Source: Mytilus californianus
Taxonomy: Eukaryota
Assembly: GCF_021869535.1 (NCBI RefSeq)
Contig: NW_026262734.1
Location: 101,308,001 to 101,372,000, forward strand
DNA: 64,000 nucleotides
Direction: 5' to 3'
The position numbers and the translations under genes are program-made. The notes under the pieces were generated by a model. That model was not told the DNA's origin. It ran no database searches and saw nothing but the letters and a program-made list of their open reading frames with translations. Positions within the stretch are counted from its first letter, which is position 1. Each line of letters starts with the position of its first letter. Positions 13,358 to 25,495 of the stretch are shown here, piece by piece.

Positions 13358-13852
13358 AACATACCTTGGATGGAATATGGATACAAAGTCCAGATAGAGG
13401 CCAAATCAGTGGTAGGACGACGCAGGATGTTTACAATTATTACATAAGTATGGAAAAGTACGATTTGTATCCTGCCCAAGACAGATTCATGAAATTTGCT
13501 GTTAAAGCGTGTGATAATGCGTTTCTTCTTTTATCTGCTGCGGTAGATCTGCAGTCTCCGGACTTTTACGAAATATCCCTAGGCGTTGCAAAAAACAATA
13601 AGACGAAATAACATCTAAAGAACAACAATAACCCTGCATTAACCAAAATCACTCCTGATGCAATGAACTGTACAGAATTCAGAGATTTTCAAATAAGTTG
13701 GACAATGAATGGAAACATAATACTGGCAAAAGATACAAATAACGGGTCAGAAATTATATTTGACTGGATAGATCCGTCACCACTGGTAATTAACGGAGTT
13801 GGTATCGCTACCGGTTGGGGATCAGATGGATTGTGGATTATTGAACACGCAG
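13358..13852 (+). pseudogene. FAMeT-PAN paralogue A, exon encoding a Methyltransf_FA-like domain, with in-frame TAA at 13609-13611
   Basis: taaacag acceptor, GCAG|gtcagt donor, 495 nt phase 1-1. ORFs 13366-13611 and 13663-13908 are in the same frame, separated only by TAA. Motifs FAVKAC..AFLLLS, YEISLG, ISW, GIATGWGSDGLW. Confidence 0.85.
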
Positions 13853-14257
13853 GTCAGTTTAATTTTTTAAACAGTCAAAAAGAAACAGCTGGACACGATC
13901 CAGAATAGTGGACGCACCAGATTTGTAGTGCCATTTTTATCTAACAACTTGGCCTTTGAATATACAACATAGAGACTTACTGAAAACAGTAAAATAATCT
14001 TAATAATAATCTGCAACTGATTATTTATTCGCAGTGTACCATTTGTCAAATTTATTTTGAAATAAACAGTAATATAAACAAATTGACATGAATTGACAAA
14101 AATATTATACAACAATGTGAGGACAATTAAACTAAGCAAATGATTTACAAGTGTCATTTTCTTATATCTGAATAAAAGCTTAAACCTTAGCAATAGAACA
14201 TATAGAAGACGTTCATGATATTAATCCGTAATTTGATAAGATTTATTTTTTTTGCAG

Positions 14258-14520
14258 CTTTGTTCACTGGGTATTACTGTTTCGTTCCTGAAGCATATGG
14301 TGATATGCTATTGCTGTCAACGTCAACAGGTCGTAGTGAAATCAGTTGTCTCTCTGAATGTTCACTTGATGATTATTGTCTGGGAGTCAACTTCAACATA
14401 CAAACGAACGAATGTCAGCTTATTGCTGCGGCACAGCCAGGTAGGAAGTCTAATCAAAACAACTGGGCATTTTATACAAAATGTGTACAGGGAAATATGA
14501 TGTGTTTGGCCTGTATATGA
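14258..14520 (+). CDS. FAMeT-PAN paralogue A terminal exon, PAN/Apple domain
   Basis: ttttttgcag acceptor, phase 1; SCLSECSLDDYCLGVNFNIQTNECQL is a typical PAN cysteine pattern; stop at 14518-14520. Confidence 0.8.
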
Positions 14521-15317
14521 TAGATCACGGAACAGTAACAAGTATTAATTTATGCTATCTTGTTACTGTCATGCTTTTATAATCTGCTTCAAATTACACC
14601 TTGTAATTTTGTTCCAATCTTGATTTTAATAATTTTTCAACACTTTTTGATAATGTTTTTTTTTTGCACACTTGTTGGAAAAATAAGAGACATTATTTTA
14701 AATATTAAGGTTAAAAGCATCAGAATAATTCACATTCTTTTCAATATCATTACACATGTCACTGATGAGTCTGATTCAGACGAAACGCGCGTTTCACGTA
14801 CCAAATTACCAACCTTATGTGTTTTTGCAAAGATTAAACAAAAGGTTTACATGTAAATATAATAGGAGTATAATAAAATCTTGTTTGAAATTATTTGTGT
14901 ATTACATATGGCTGTTTATGTCATGAGGCTTAAAAAAATGTGTGAAGACACATATGTAATAGAATTTCTGTCTAGACTAACTTGTTCAATTTTCCGTATC
15001 CTTGGGCTGTCGATGGACTGCCACTGTTTTCAGTTTTGTGTCTAAATGGTTTACAATTACAATCGCCCCTGGTTTCAAAAGCCTCAAAAGACTTCAAACA
15101 TGAAATATTTAATGTAAAACTATATAGATAAAATAATTATTTACTTCGCATGATCTTTTTTTCAATCATCTATGTTTTCTTCTTATGGATAATTAACAAT
15201 ACAAGTTACATGTGAAATATGTTATATTATTTGAACTAATCAATTTGTGTGTTTTGATCCTGCACATTTACGCGATTTTTTGTTTGCATACGATATTCCT
15301 GGGCTTGTATTTTCTAT

Positions 15318-15790
15318 CATGATTTCTTGATAGAGGGTTGCTGCTCACAAGGAAGCTATTAAACCAAGAGTTTCAAATGGTGAAGTTGAAATCATACTTC
15401 GTAATTTTTACGGACGCCATCACAAGTTGGTTGACCATTATGGAATATCCGTTTCACAGATGATAGCGGATACGTTCCTTATGTCGTAACTACAATCCCG
15501 TTCCCTTTTCATGAATGTGACCTTCCGAATTAGACTTATTACCGGGTTTGTACTAACACGACCAACACGACGGGTGCCACGTGTGGAGCAGGATCTACTT
15601 ACCCTTCCGGAGCACCTGAGATCACCCACAGTTTTTGGTGGGGTTCGTGTTGCTTAGTCTTTATTTTTCTATGTTGTGTTTTGTGTACTTTTGTTTGTCT
15701 GTTTGTCTTTTTCGTTTTCAGCCATGGCGTTGTCAGTTTATTTTGAGTTCATGAGTTTGAATGTCCCTCTGGTATCTTTCGCCCCTCTTC
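15318..15790 (+). mobile_element. Penelope-like retroelement 3' fragment (frameshifted RT C-terminus plus tail)
   Basis: Translates with small indels to HDFLDRGLLLTRKLLNQEFQMVKLKS.LR.FYGRHH.LVDHYGISVSQM; tail acgacgggtgccac...gagcaggatct...ggagcacctgagatcacc recurs at 25235 and elsewhere. Class is by recognition. Confidence 0.6.
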
Positions 15791-16119
15791 TAATGCTGCC
15801 GATATGTGTCGATGAATTAGTCGATCGGCCAAATTTATTTATCGTTCCATTTTTCCATTTCTGATCATTAGATTAACATAATTAAGTTTCACTTGACTTA
15901 TTTAATTATTTTTGTTCTCAAATTGTAATACTTGTAGCTTAAACACTTTCCGCCTTTATTTCCAACGTTTATTGTAGAAATGCACATCTGAGCATCTGGT
16001 GCAGTAAAATTGGTGCCGTACATGTTATCAAAAGAACATTGCTCTTTATTTATCAGAGTTGGCATATCTATAACAAGGGAAAAGAGAAGGTATCATCGGG
16101 AAATCCGTACAAAATTTGA

Positions 16120-16440
16120 TCTGGATGAAGTGTCTAATCAAAAACGACATGATACATAATGAATAATAGTTAATAACCACTAAGGTTTTCTACCCTAAGG
16201 CTTGGACGGTTTCTAGGGAATGTATTATGTCTAATGTTCTTAAACTTCCTAACTGATTTGTTCCTTCAACAATGTTGATTCAAAAGCAACGGGAGTGTCA
16301 TGTGGACAAAACGCGGATATGGCATACTTAATTATAAGAGTTGTATTTTTCATCAGTCTTGGCATTTTAGTTATTATAGCCGTCCTGCTTGAACTCAATG
16401 ATCAAAGGTCAATCAAAAAAAAAAAAAAGAAAAACAATGA
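16120..16440 (+). repeat. Local duplicate; second copy with internal deletion at 18065-18220
   Basis: gatgaagtgtctaat...aataaccac and ttatag.cgtcctgcttgaactcaatga...ggtcaat...gaaaaacaatgaa in both. Confidence 0.7.
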
Positions 16441-17289
16441 ATTGTCCTTTTATTTTTTGATAAATTGATTTCAAAGATTTATGTACGGAATTTCTGGGTC
16501 TTTTAAAGCTGGTTTTCGGTTTTACTCATTGTTGAAGGCCGTACTGTGCCCTTTAGTTGTTAACCTTCTATTTCAGTAAGTTTCTGGAGGAGATTTGTCT
16601 CTTTGGTAATTATACCTCATCTTCTTATCTTTATATAGAAATCTATTTTACAACCTATCTAAGTAGGCATAGATACCCCATTATAAGTAGTATGGCGATC
16701 GATGACAACGACGCAATCTCGAGCATTTTGAGCTTAAACAGTAGCATGTTTTTAAATAAAGATTTGAAAAAGTGTAAACGATATTCTGTATTATTTGACA
16801 ATACAATGCAATTTGCTTGGAAGGATGAATAAAAAAATGCGATGTACATGTATACATCAATGAAACAGCAAACTAACGACACACAAAAGGTAAATGCATA
16901 CCAATGTACGTTCTTCAACATAAGACAGGTGTCTATACAATATGGCATAATCTTTATATCAACTGTTCATCGAATGCTGAAATCATTAAAAAAATTATCA
17001 TTTTTACCCCAGATATACATAACTTAAGAAAGTTTTTGAACACCTTATTTAGTTTTTGCTTTTCAATGCTAGGTACAAATTAATGATCATAATAGTTTAT
17101 GAGAAAAAAACATATGTTAGTTGAACTGGATTTTCAATTCATCATTGAACTTGTTATTAATATATGAATAAAGAGTACTCTCATATGTTGAAGTACCATC
17201 ATAATTTTTTAGTTCTTTAATTATTTTTATCCAATTTTAATTATTTGTTATTACGGGTATTAACAATTACAAACCAAATAAAAATAAAA

Positions 17290-17760
17290 TGATGTATGTA
17301 TTTCAGAAATCAATGAATTTTACTGCTAAGAAATTATTACTCCAAATACTAAATTCAAATACTTCAGACTTCATCTATTTTCTATTTTAGAATAGAATAT
17401 ATTCAATTTGAAGCATAAGTTCTCTGGGTATAATGCTTTGTTCCAATACAAGTTCCTCAAGTTATAAAAGGTTTGAATTTCAGGCATTGTGTTTTATAAT
17501 TTTGTCCATACTACAGATAATGTATCAATTCAAATGATAAATTCCTAATTAAATTGAACAATTTTCCAATGTTAGAAGACATATGTCGATTAACAAAATC
17601 CTGTGTATGGGTGATTCCAATATTGTTGTTAATTATTAGTCTTTGTTAAATTGTGCAGAATTTATCTTTGTCTTCAATAAAAAACAATTTGACATGAGTA
17701 AAGTCTTATCTTGTCAAGTACTACTTGGAAATTTTACCTAACATTGCATTGCATGTAAGT
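17290..17760 (-). mobile_element. Possible highly decayed L1/Tx1-type LINE 3' region
   Basis: Fragmentary minus-strand translation resembles the C-terminal zinc-knuckle region; many stops. Confidence 0.25.
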
Positions 17761-20700
17761 AAAAACCATCGCCGCAAACAAATCAAGAAATTTTTCATCT
17801 CTTTTTTCCTGTTTATATGATTTGGTACCATGTCATCTCAAATTTCGAATACATTTTCTAGGATTGCCTCAACTAATTGGTGCTTTATGACTCAGAAAAC
17901 ATTTTCTGCACATTTAAACAATATTTAGTTTACATACTATATAGCGATGCAAGAAAGTTTTTCAAAAAAAAATTGGCCGATATATTCGCTGATGTCCTAT
18001 GTTGTCCGATTAAGCCAAAAAAAAAAGTTAACGAATATTTGTTGAGGATATATATCTTTTTCTGCTGATGAAGTGTCTAATGAAAATAAACGACTGGTTA
18101 TAGAATAAATGATCGTGAATAACCACCAAGGGAATGATTGGTCATTTAAATTATTATAGTCGTCCTGCTTGAACTCAATGAGTATAGGTCAATTAAGACA
18201 AAAAAAAGAAAAACAATGAATAAATGTTGATTCATTATGTTGTAATGCCCGACTCTAACAGGACCATATCTTCATTCCATGTTATTGATATGGTTCGTTT
18301 AAATCAATCTAAATATCGTTTATCAAATTGCATTTTCCATCTAGTAATTGTCTTGTTTGTTCTTCTCATATTTACTGCGAAACCAATTTCTTTCTTTATG
18401 GGTAATTATGAATGTTAAGGCCTAAATGGGCATCTTGTATGACAGCGTTAATGTTGTATGAGGAATATCCTATGGAAATTTAACACATCCTGGATATATT
18501 AATGATTTATTTACTAATTGATTTAAAAAATGTACGATATTCACGTTCTATTTCGTTTTTATTTAAACGATTTACAACTATATATAATTACATACTTAAG
18601 AAACAATTAATTTCGCTGCTATGAATTATCCTCTACAAATACTTAAATCACTAAAGACTTCAACAATTTTCTTAAAAAAAGAAGGTTAAGAAGGTTCTGT
18701 TTACCCTGCCGGAGTATTTGATGGGTTTCCTGTCGCTCAGTCTTTACTTTTTCTGTGTTGTATTTTGTATACTGTTGTTTGTATCTTAATCTCTTTATGA
18801 GTGTGAATTTCCCTTTTGCTCTTTTCACTGTGGATACGAATTCTTTATTTTAGGAGTGAAACAATGTTATAAAGTTCAAACTAGGATACAAAGTATTCAG
18901 ACACGATTCTTAAATATTGTTCACCTATTGCTTATAGTATCTGCGAAACAGACCTTATTAGGAAAATTGAACTTTGACCAATGAACCTTACAACGTATGG
19001 TTGTAAATTGAATAGCATTGTCAAGTGTATCACACTAAAATTTCTTATATTGTTGATTGTTTGCTCGGTGGGTTTAGTATTTAAAGGTGACGTCAGACTT
19101 ACTCTATTTACATATCAGGTTTTTCTTATAAAATATGACTTTTGTTTGTGATCTATACTGTGATTTATACATGTTTCAAATGTATCATGCATGTGTAATT
19201 ATTTTGGGTATTTTCTCCAAGTTGATACAATATCTAAGTGCTGGTGTTTACCGACATGTTTCATATGGGATTTTGCTGCGGAAAAAACAAACGGTTGCAA
19301 TATAGTTTTCTCGTTGTTTTCGTATTTCAAAACAACATGAAAAAAATATTGAATTGTGCATAATCGACTTTAAGTTGTCCAGTAATCGTTGAATTTTACT
19401 TTATTCAAAACTTACACAAACCACAAAAAAATCAAAAAATCACGATTTCAATTCAGTAAATGCACTGTATACTATGGTTATAAAGTAGAAAGTGTTAGGT
19501 CGACTTCAGTTCAGACATTACAGTATCAAGATTACCTAATATCAAAAAGGATTAGTTTTAAATTCTGGTGGTTTGGTTCATTAAATTTTGGCAAATAATA
19601 ATTAATGGCACCATTTCGTATAAACGAATATGCATTTAAGTTTGAAGTAAACTTTGTCATGGTTGTTTGTTATGGTATTTCATTTTATTATGGAAAACGA
19701 CCTTCCGCCACCACTACTGGTATGTTTCACCATAATATGGCTTAACTCACTTATTGGACAGTTATCGCCTTATACAGAACTGTTATCTAATATTGCTTTG
19801 TTCGACTGACGTACACTGACGTGTTCTTTCCTTATTAATTACAAATAAGTAAAATGCGTGTATTGTATATATCTTCTATTTTTGATCGACAAATATAAAT
19901 AGCAGCTCTTTCTCCTTCAGTAACATATATATTCGTAGTTTTTAATTTCTTTTCAGTGTTTGTTTTGGAATGGTTGTGTTCCAGATCAAAAGTGTCCGGT
20001 AAGATACTCTAATGTTTTATTTTGTTCATTTATTTTTCAAAAAGATTTGAAACTTCCAAAACACAGATTTTAGCGTAGTTGTTGTGAACAAGAATTGGTT
20101 TTAGATGAAAATTTTTGAAAACATCTATATTTTTTACATTCGAAAACGAGAATTAAAATGATTTATACACAAACGAGTAGCAGGAATAAACATCAGACAA
20201 TTTCACCTGATACTTAAGCAACTTGTTTTTCTAATTAAATTTTTGTATACTTCTGAGAAAGTTGAAAACAGGGATGTGTAAAAAATAAAGCGATGCTTTC
20301 CATGGATAAACTACATATAAAAAAAGACAAAAGAGAGCAAGGGGACAATCAGAAACAACAAGTCGAAGTAAAAATGACAAAAGGAGAATAAAATTTAAAG
20401 AAGCAATAGTCCACAGAATATTACACCGATAATAAAGACTAAACAATACGACGCCTGTAACTTGCTGGACAGATCCTGCTCCGCTGGTGATGTGTGTTAT
20501 GTTCGTGTCAACCAAACATCGATGACACGTCTCACTCGAGGAAAATATGACGAGATTGTGGCTTCGATAATTAAAACATATCGTGACACGGATATTCCAA
20601 CGGCCGATCAAATCAAGATGGCTTCTGCAAAACTGTAGATGGATGACTCACCTTTTCCAATAGGCAGTATGAATAGACAGTTCACATTTGGAAAACTGAA

Positions 20701-20817
20701 ATCATTGCTTTTGTCGTGAAAATTAGTTCTCACCCGACCCTTATTTTCAATGTTTAGTTAAAATCCTTTAAAGATACCAGGTCTATAATTTATAACGCAA
20801 GACGCGTGTTTCGTGTA

Positions 20818-21012
20818 CTGGGGATTCATTTATTTTCATGGGTACCAATTTTCGTGGATTAAAGAAAACTTGAATGTTCGTGGATATTTAATTTCGTGGT
20901 TTTGCTGAAGTCTGCATACAAGCCTATAGGCAATTTGTCATTTGTTGAACATTTTATTTCGTGATTTATCCGTAAAAAAATTGGTATCCAACGAATAAAA
21001 ATGAATCCACAG
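20818..21012. mobile_element. MITE with TA TSD (Tc1/mariner-type), inserted into an older repeat
   Basis: TA|ctggggattcattt...aaaatgaatccacag|TA; flanks rejoin as tttcgtgTAcatgactcaccagt, matching the intact repeat at 54490-54515. Confidence 0.8.
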
Positions 21013-21408
21013 TACATGACTCACCAGTAGTCCAAGCTCGAATAGTAACAGTTGAAATTGAACAGCATGAAAAAAAAAACAATGTGCTCACTACCCACAC
21101 ATTTTTTTTTTTATTCGGTTTTATTTTATTAAACAAAAAACACCTACTCTTCAAACGCATTACATCACAATGTTCACCAACAGCATTAATTTGATTTGAT
21201 TTTTTTTTAAATCGGAACTTGATTTAAAATGTGCTTTCTGCTCTTTGGTCGGGTTGTTGTTTCTTTGACATATTCTCCATTTCTCAATTTTATATAACCT
21301 AATGTGTGACACTACAAGTAGAAAGTAGAAAGTATTCTTCGGTGTGAAAATTGTTCAAAATAGTATTTACTTTAAGAAATGACGCTGCCAACACAAATCT
21401 ATTCTTTA

Positions 21409-21798
21409 GGATGTTCGCTCCTCTGTTTCAAAATAACAAGCTTTTTTATCTACTGCTATAAATTGATCGTCTATAAATAAAAGAACTCAAAAAGCAAGAA
21501 AAACTTAAAGGTCCGTGTACTTGTTTTTGAGATATAATCAATTGAAAATTTTGCGGGAAATGACACTCTCTAAATTTTTCATACATTTAACATTAGTACC
21601 TTTTTTCTTTCAAAAACTATGAAAAAATAACAAGGATTTTATAAGATTTTCAAAAATGGCTTTTTAACTTTATATATGTAATAAAATTATGAAAAGAAAA
21701 GTTAGGGTTAGCAGGCAAAATTGTATTAGCACTATATGAATATAACTAGAGAATTCTAAGTATTTGACAAAAGTCAAAAACAAGAGTACCGAACATCC
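21409..21798. mobile_element. MITE with TTAA-type TSD (Kolobok/piggyBac-like)
   Basis: ttta|ggatgttcgctcctc ... gagtaccgaacatcc|ttaa imperfect TIRs. Confidence 0.6.
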
Positions 21799-22387
21799 TT
21801 AATTCTGATGTGAGCATGTGTGATTATACAGTTTGGTGAATATTGGTTCCTCGGTAGAATTATTGGATCCTACATATTTGTTGTACGATTGAAAGGTTTT
21901 GTGTACAGTAAAATCTGGTTCAACCAACTACTTTTATGTCTACACATTTGTGCGGACTATGACAGACCAGTTCTTTAATTGTATTTGGCTATTTTTATAT
22001 TCCATGTTTGTAAATAAAAAGTAACATCTTTTGACTGGAATGGAATTAGGTGCAACAGTCGTTTTCCTATATTCAAATCTCGTCAATTTTTCTAAGCATA
22101 CATTCCAAGATGAAAAAAGGGAATCACATGATTTCAAAAAGAAGGACGGTAAATTCGGTAAATTTACATATCAGACGAATTATTTTGTATCTAAATAACT
22201 CAGATGCTTGGCTGTGTGTACAGTTATTCTGCCTGAAAAGTCCATGTGGCCATATTTATATAATCCGATTAACCTTACCTTTGTCTTTTTACGACAACAA
22301 AATGAAATAAAATCACCTTGCTTTGTTTGTTCTGATTACCTTGATTTGTATGTTCTGATTACATTGATTTGTGTGTTCTAATTAGAT

Positions 22388-22792
22388 ATAACAAGATGTG
22401 GTATCTGTGCCAATGAGACAACTCTCCATCCAAGTCACAATTTGTAAAAGTAAACCATTATAGGTCAAAATACGGCCTTCAACACGGAGCCTTGGCTCAC
22501 ACCGAACAGAAAGCTATAAAGGGACCCAAAAATGACTAGTGTAAAACCATTCAAACAGGAAAACCAACGGTGTAATCTATATAAAAAACGAGAAACGAAA
22601 AACACTTATGAACCACATCAACAAACGACAACCACTGAACATCAGTGTCCTGACTTAGGACAGGGGCAAACAAATTCAGCGGGTTTAAACGTTTTAATAG
22701 GCGCCAACCTTCACCCTACATGAAACAATAGTGTAACATCACAACATAGAAAGACACATTATAAAATATCAATTGAAATGGCTTAACTCAAT
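22388..22792 (+). mobile_element. Near full-length copy of the most abundant interspersed repeat in the window (gatgtggtatgagtgccaatgagacaactctcc family)
   Basis: Same sequence recurs at 28160-28293(-), 35790-36180(-), 42857-43185(+), 44210-44535(-), 54857-54948(+), 56537-56838(-), 62064-62465(+). Confidence 0.85.
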
Positions 22793-22931
22793 GTGTTTAT
22801 TCTGCAAGAATTTAGTAGATTTGAACATCAGTAAACTGCAGTTGCCCCTAATAATTTTTCTCAATAGCTACCTGCCATATGTATTCAATATTTCAATTTT
22901 CTGTTTATTGTTTATGATGTATTATAAACAG

Positions 22932-23426
22932 GACATGCCTTGGATGGAATATGGATACAAAGCTGGGGTATAGGAGGTAACAATAGTAGGAACACCCCAG
23001 ATGTATACAACTATTACATAAGCGTGTCAAACTACCATCTATATCCTGCCCAAAATCAATCAATGAAATTTTCGGTAAAAACGTGTCACCATGCGAATCT
23101 CCTCTTATCTGCTGCAGTAGATCTACAGTCTCCTGACTTCTATGAAATAAGTATTGGTGACTTAGCAAACACCCGAACAAAACTACACCGAAAGTACAAC
23201 ACAAATAGTGAACTTATCCTTTATACTCCTGGTATAATAAGTTGCACAGAAAAAATAACTTTCGTGATCAGTTGGAAATCGAATGGTAACATATTTCTGA
23301 TAAAAGAAACACAAAATGGAACAGAAATCATATTTGATTGGGTAGACCTGTCACCACTTGTTATAAAAGGAGTTGGAATCGCAACCGCATGGGGATCAGA
23401 TGGATAGTGGGTGATTCAACACACAG
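22932..23426 (+). pseudogene. FAMeT-PAN paralogue B, Methyltransf_FA-like exon, with in-frame TAG at 23405-23407
   Basis: ataaacag acceptor, ACAG|gttagt donor, 495 nt phase 1-1; gap-free alignment to paralogue A (104/164 identical by hand count); TAG where A has TTG. Confidence 0.85.
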
Positions 23427-24801
23427 GTTAGTAACATGTTTTGTTTTTAAATCAAAATTGCGTGACTATACAGCATGGGTTTTGCTCATTGCTAAAGGCC
23501 TTACGGACTCTTGTTTAAGGTTGTTACATTGGCAATTATAACACATCTCCTTATTTTTGTTTTCTGCAAAAGGTATTGAAATACTTTTCTATTGGAAACA
23601 GATATTTTTAAAAAGGAACTAATGTTTTTTTGTTTGTTTTAGTAAATGTGTTGATCGTTAGTCTTCTTGTCGGCATTTAATTGTAAGGTTTTCCTGCTTA
23701 GCCAATACTTCGGTAATGTCACGAATAACAATTCGGATATTTTCTATGGAAATTTGTAGTTATGATATTTTGGAAATCTTTTTAAATTAAGAAATATAAC
23801 TGCCTCATGTAAAGCTTTGATTTCGTGTCCATATTTAGGCTACACTTGAGTTCTTTTTTGGTTTGATCAGCTCTTCAACATTTCGGTTTTTCAAATAGTT
23901 TAGCGTCGAGCATAACTGAAGACACATTTGGTGCAGTAAAATTTGTAGCATTAATGTTATCAATTACTTTCAATGTTTTCAACTTCGACCTCTACGACGA
24001 GGACGAAATTCAAGTAAGATTAAAAAGATTACAATCAAATGATGGAACAAATCGGACTATGATAGGTCTTGAATAATTTGAATAATGTACATGATCGTAG
24101 CTAAATGATTAGTTATTGCAACTAGTTTATATTGTGATTATAAAGTGTAAAATATACATTGGTCGATTTATAATTTATTCTGTGTTTTATATGACCATGG
24201 TAACTTAGCATGATTAAACTTGCTGATCAATTAGTGTGTTAAAAAAAAAAAAAAAAAATCAGGCATTTACCGATTTATTGTTTGATTTTCATGATTGAGT
24301 TGATAATCGTTGATAACCTCCAATACACGTTGTTAAACATCTGTTTAAACGCATTACAGATCATTACACGAAAACGTAACTGCATTTGTGTACGGGCGTT
24401 TCCTAAGTCAAAATGTTCCCAAAGACAGACATGGCTTCATTAAGAAAACATTTTTTTCACGGTAGTGAAATAAGTGTCGTTAGTAATGATACTTCAACAT
24501 ATCCAAACGAGTGTTTTTTTTTCCAAAGTAACAGAGTTATTTTCGTACGGGGAAAAGGGACGTTTATTAACAGTCAAAATGTTCTCTAGATCACTGACAG
24601 ACTTAAACAAGGGGATTAAATAAGATTGAGTCATTTGGTTATCAGTTGTGAAATAAAGTGTGTTTGCTAAAGGTACCTGAAAATATCAAGATCTCATAAT
24701 AAAGTCCAACTTACTATCTGATTGAAGGATTATTCTCTTGTATAACAATATAAGTTAAAATCTGTCAGAATAGTCGCTCTGAAAAAGTTTATTTCTTTCA
24801 G

Positions 24802-25067
24802 CTGTGTTTACTGGGCATTACTGTTTTGTTCCTGGAGCATATGGTTTTATGACATTACTATGCACATCAATAGAACGAAGTGAAATTGCTTGTTTTTCCG
24901 AATGTTCACCAAATGATACCTGTCTGGGAGTTAACTTCAATTCACAAACGAATGAATGCCAGCTTATTTCTGCTGCACAGCCAATCATAAAGCATATTCA
25001 AGAGGACTGGGTATTGTATACAAAATGTTTACAGGGGGACATGATGTGTTTGGCCTGTCTTGGATAG
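24802..25067 (+). CDS. FAMeT-PAN paralogue B terminal exon, PAN/Apple domain
   Basis: atttctttcag acceptor, phase 1; ACFSECSPNDTCLGVNFNSQTNECQL; collinear with the paralogue A exon. Confidence 0.8.
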
Positions 25068-25234
25068 TTTAAAAATGCATGCAGTGGACGTTTTATTCTT
25101 GTATAAAAAATGAAAACAACAAAAAAGTGATTTCTCTCATCTTGGACTTTAACAATGTGTACAACATATATAAATTAATTCTGTTCATGCATTATATGTA
25201 AACAAAGAAGAGACATTATTTTAAAGAATGAATC

Positions 25235-25495
25235 TAGACTTATTACTGGGTTTGTACTAACATGAGCAACACGACGGGTGCCACATGTGGAGCAGGATCT
25301 GCTTATCCTTCTGGAGCACCTGAGATCACCCCGAGTTTTTGGTGGGGTTCGTGTTGCTCAGTCTTTAGTTTATTATGTTGTGTTGTGTGTACTCTTGTTT
25401 GTCTGTTAGTCTTTTTCTTTTTTGGCCATGGTGTTTTCAAGTTTATTTTCGACTTTGAGTTTGAATGTCACTGTGGTATCTTTCGCCTCTCTTTT
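25235..25495 (+). mobile_element. 5'-truncated copy of the Penelope-like tail
   Basis: Collinear with 15530-15790. Confidence 0.7.

Noticed and set aside
13609-13611. Selenocysteine or pyrrolysine recoding of the FAMeT stops
   Set aside because: The codons are TAA and TAG at Leu positions; Sec needs TGA and Pyl is not known in animals
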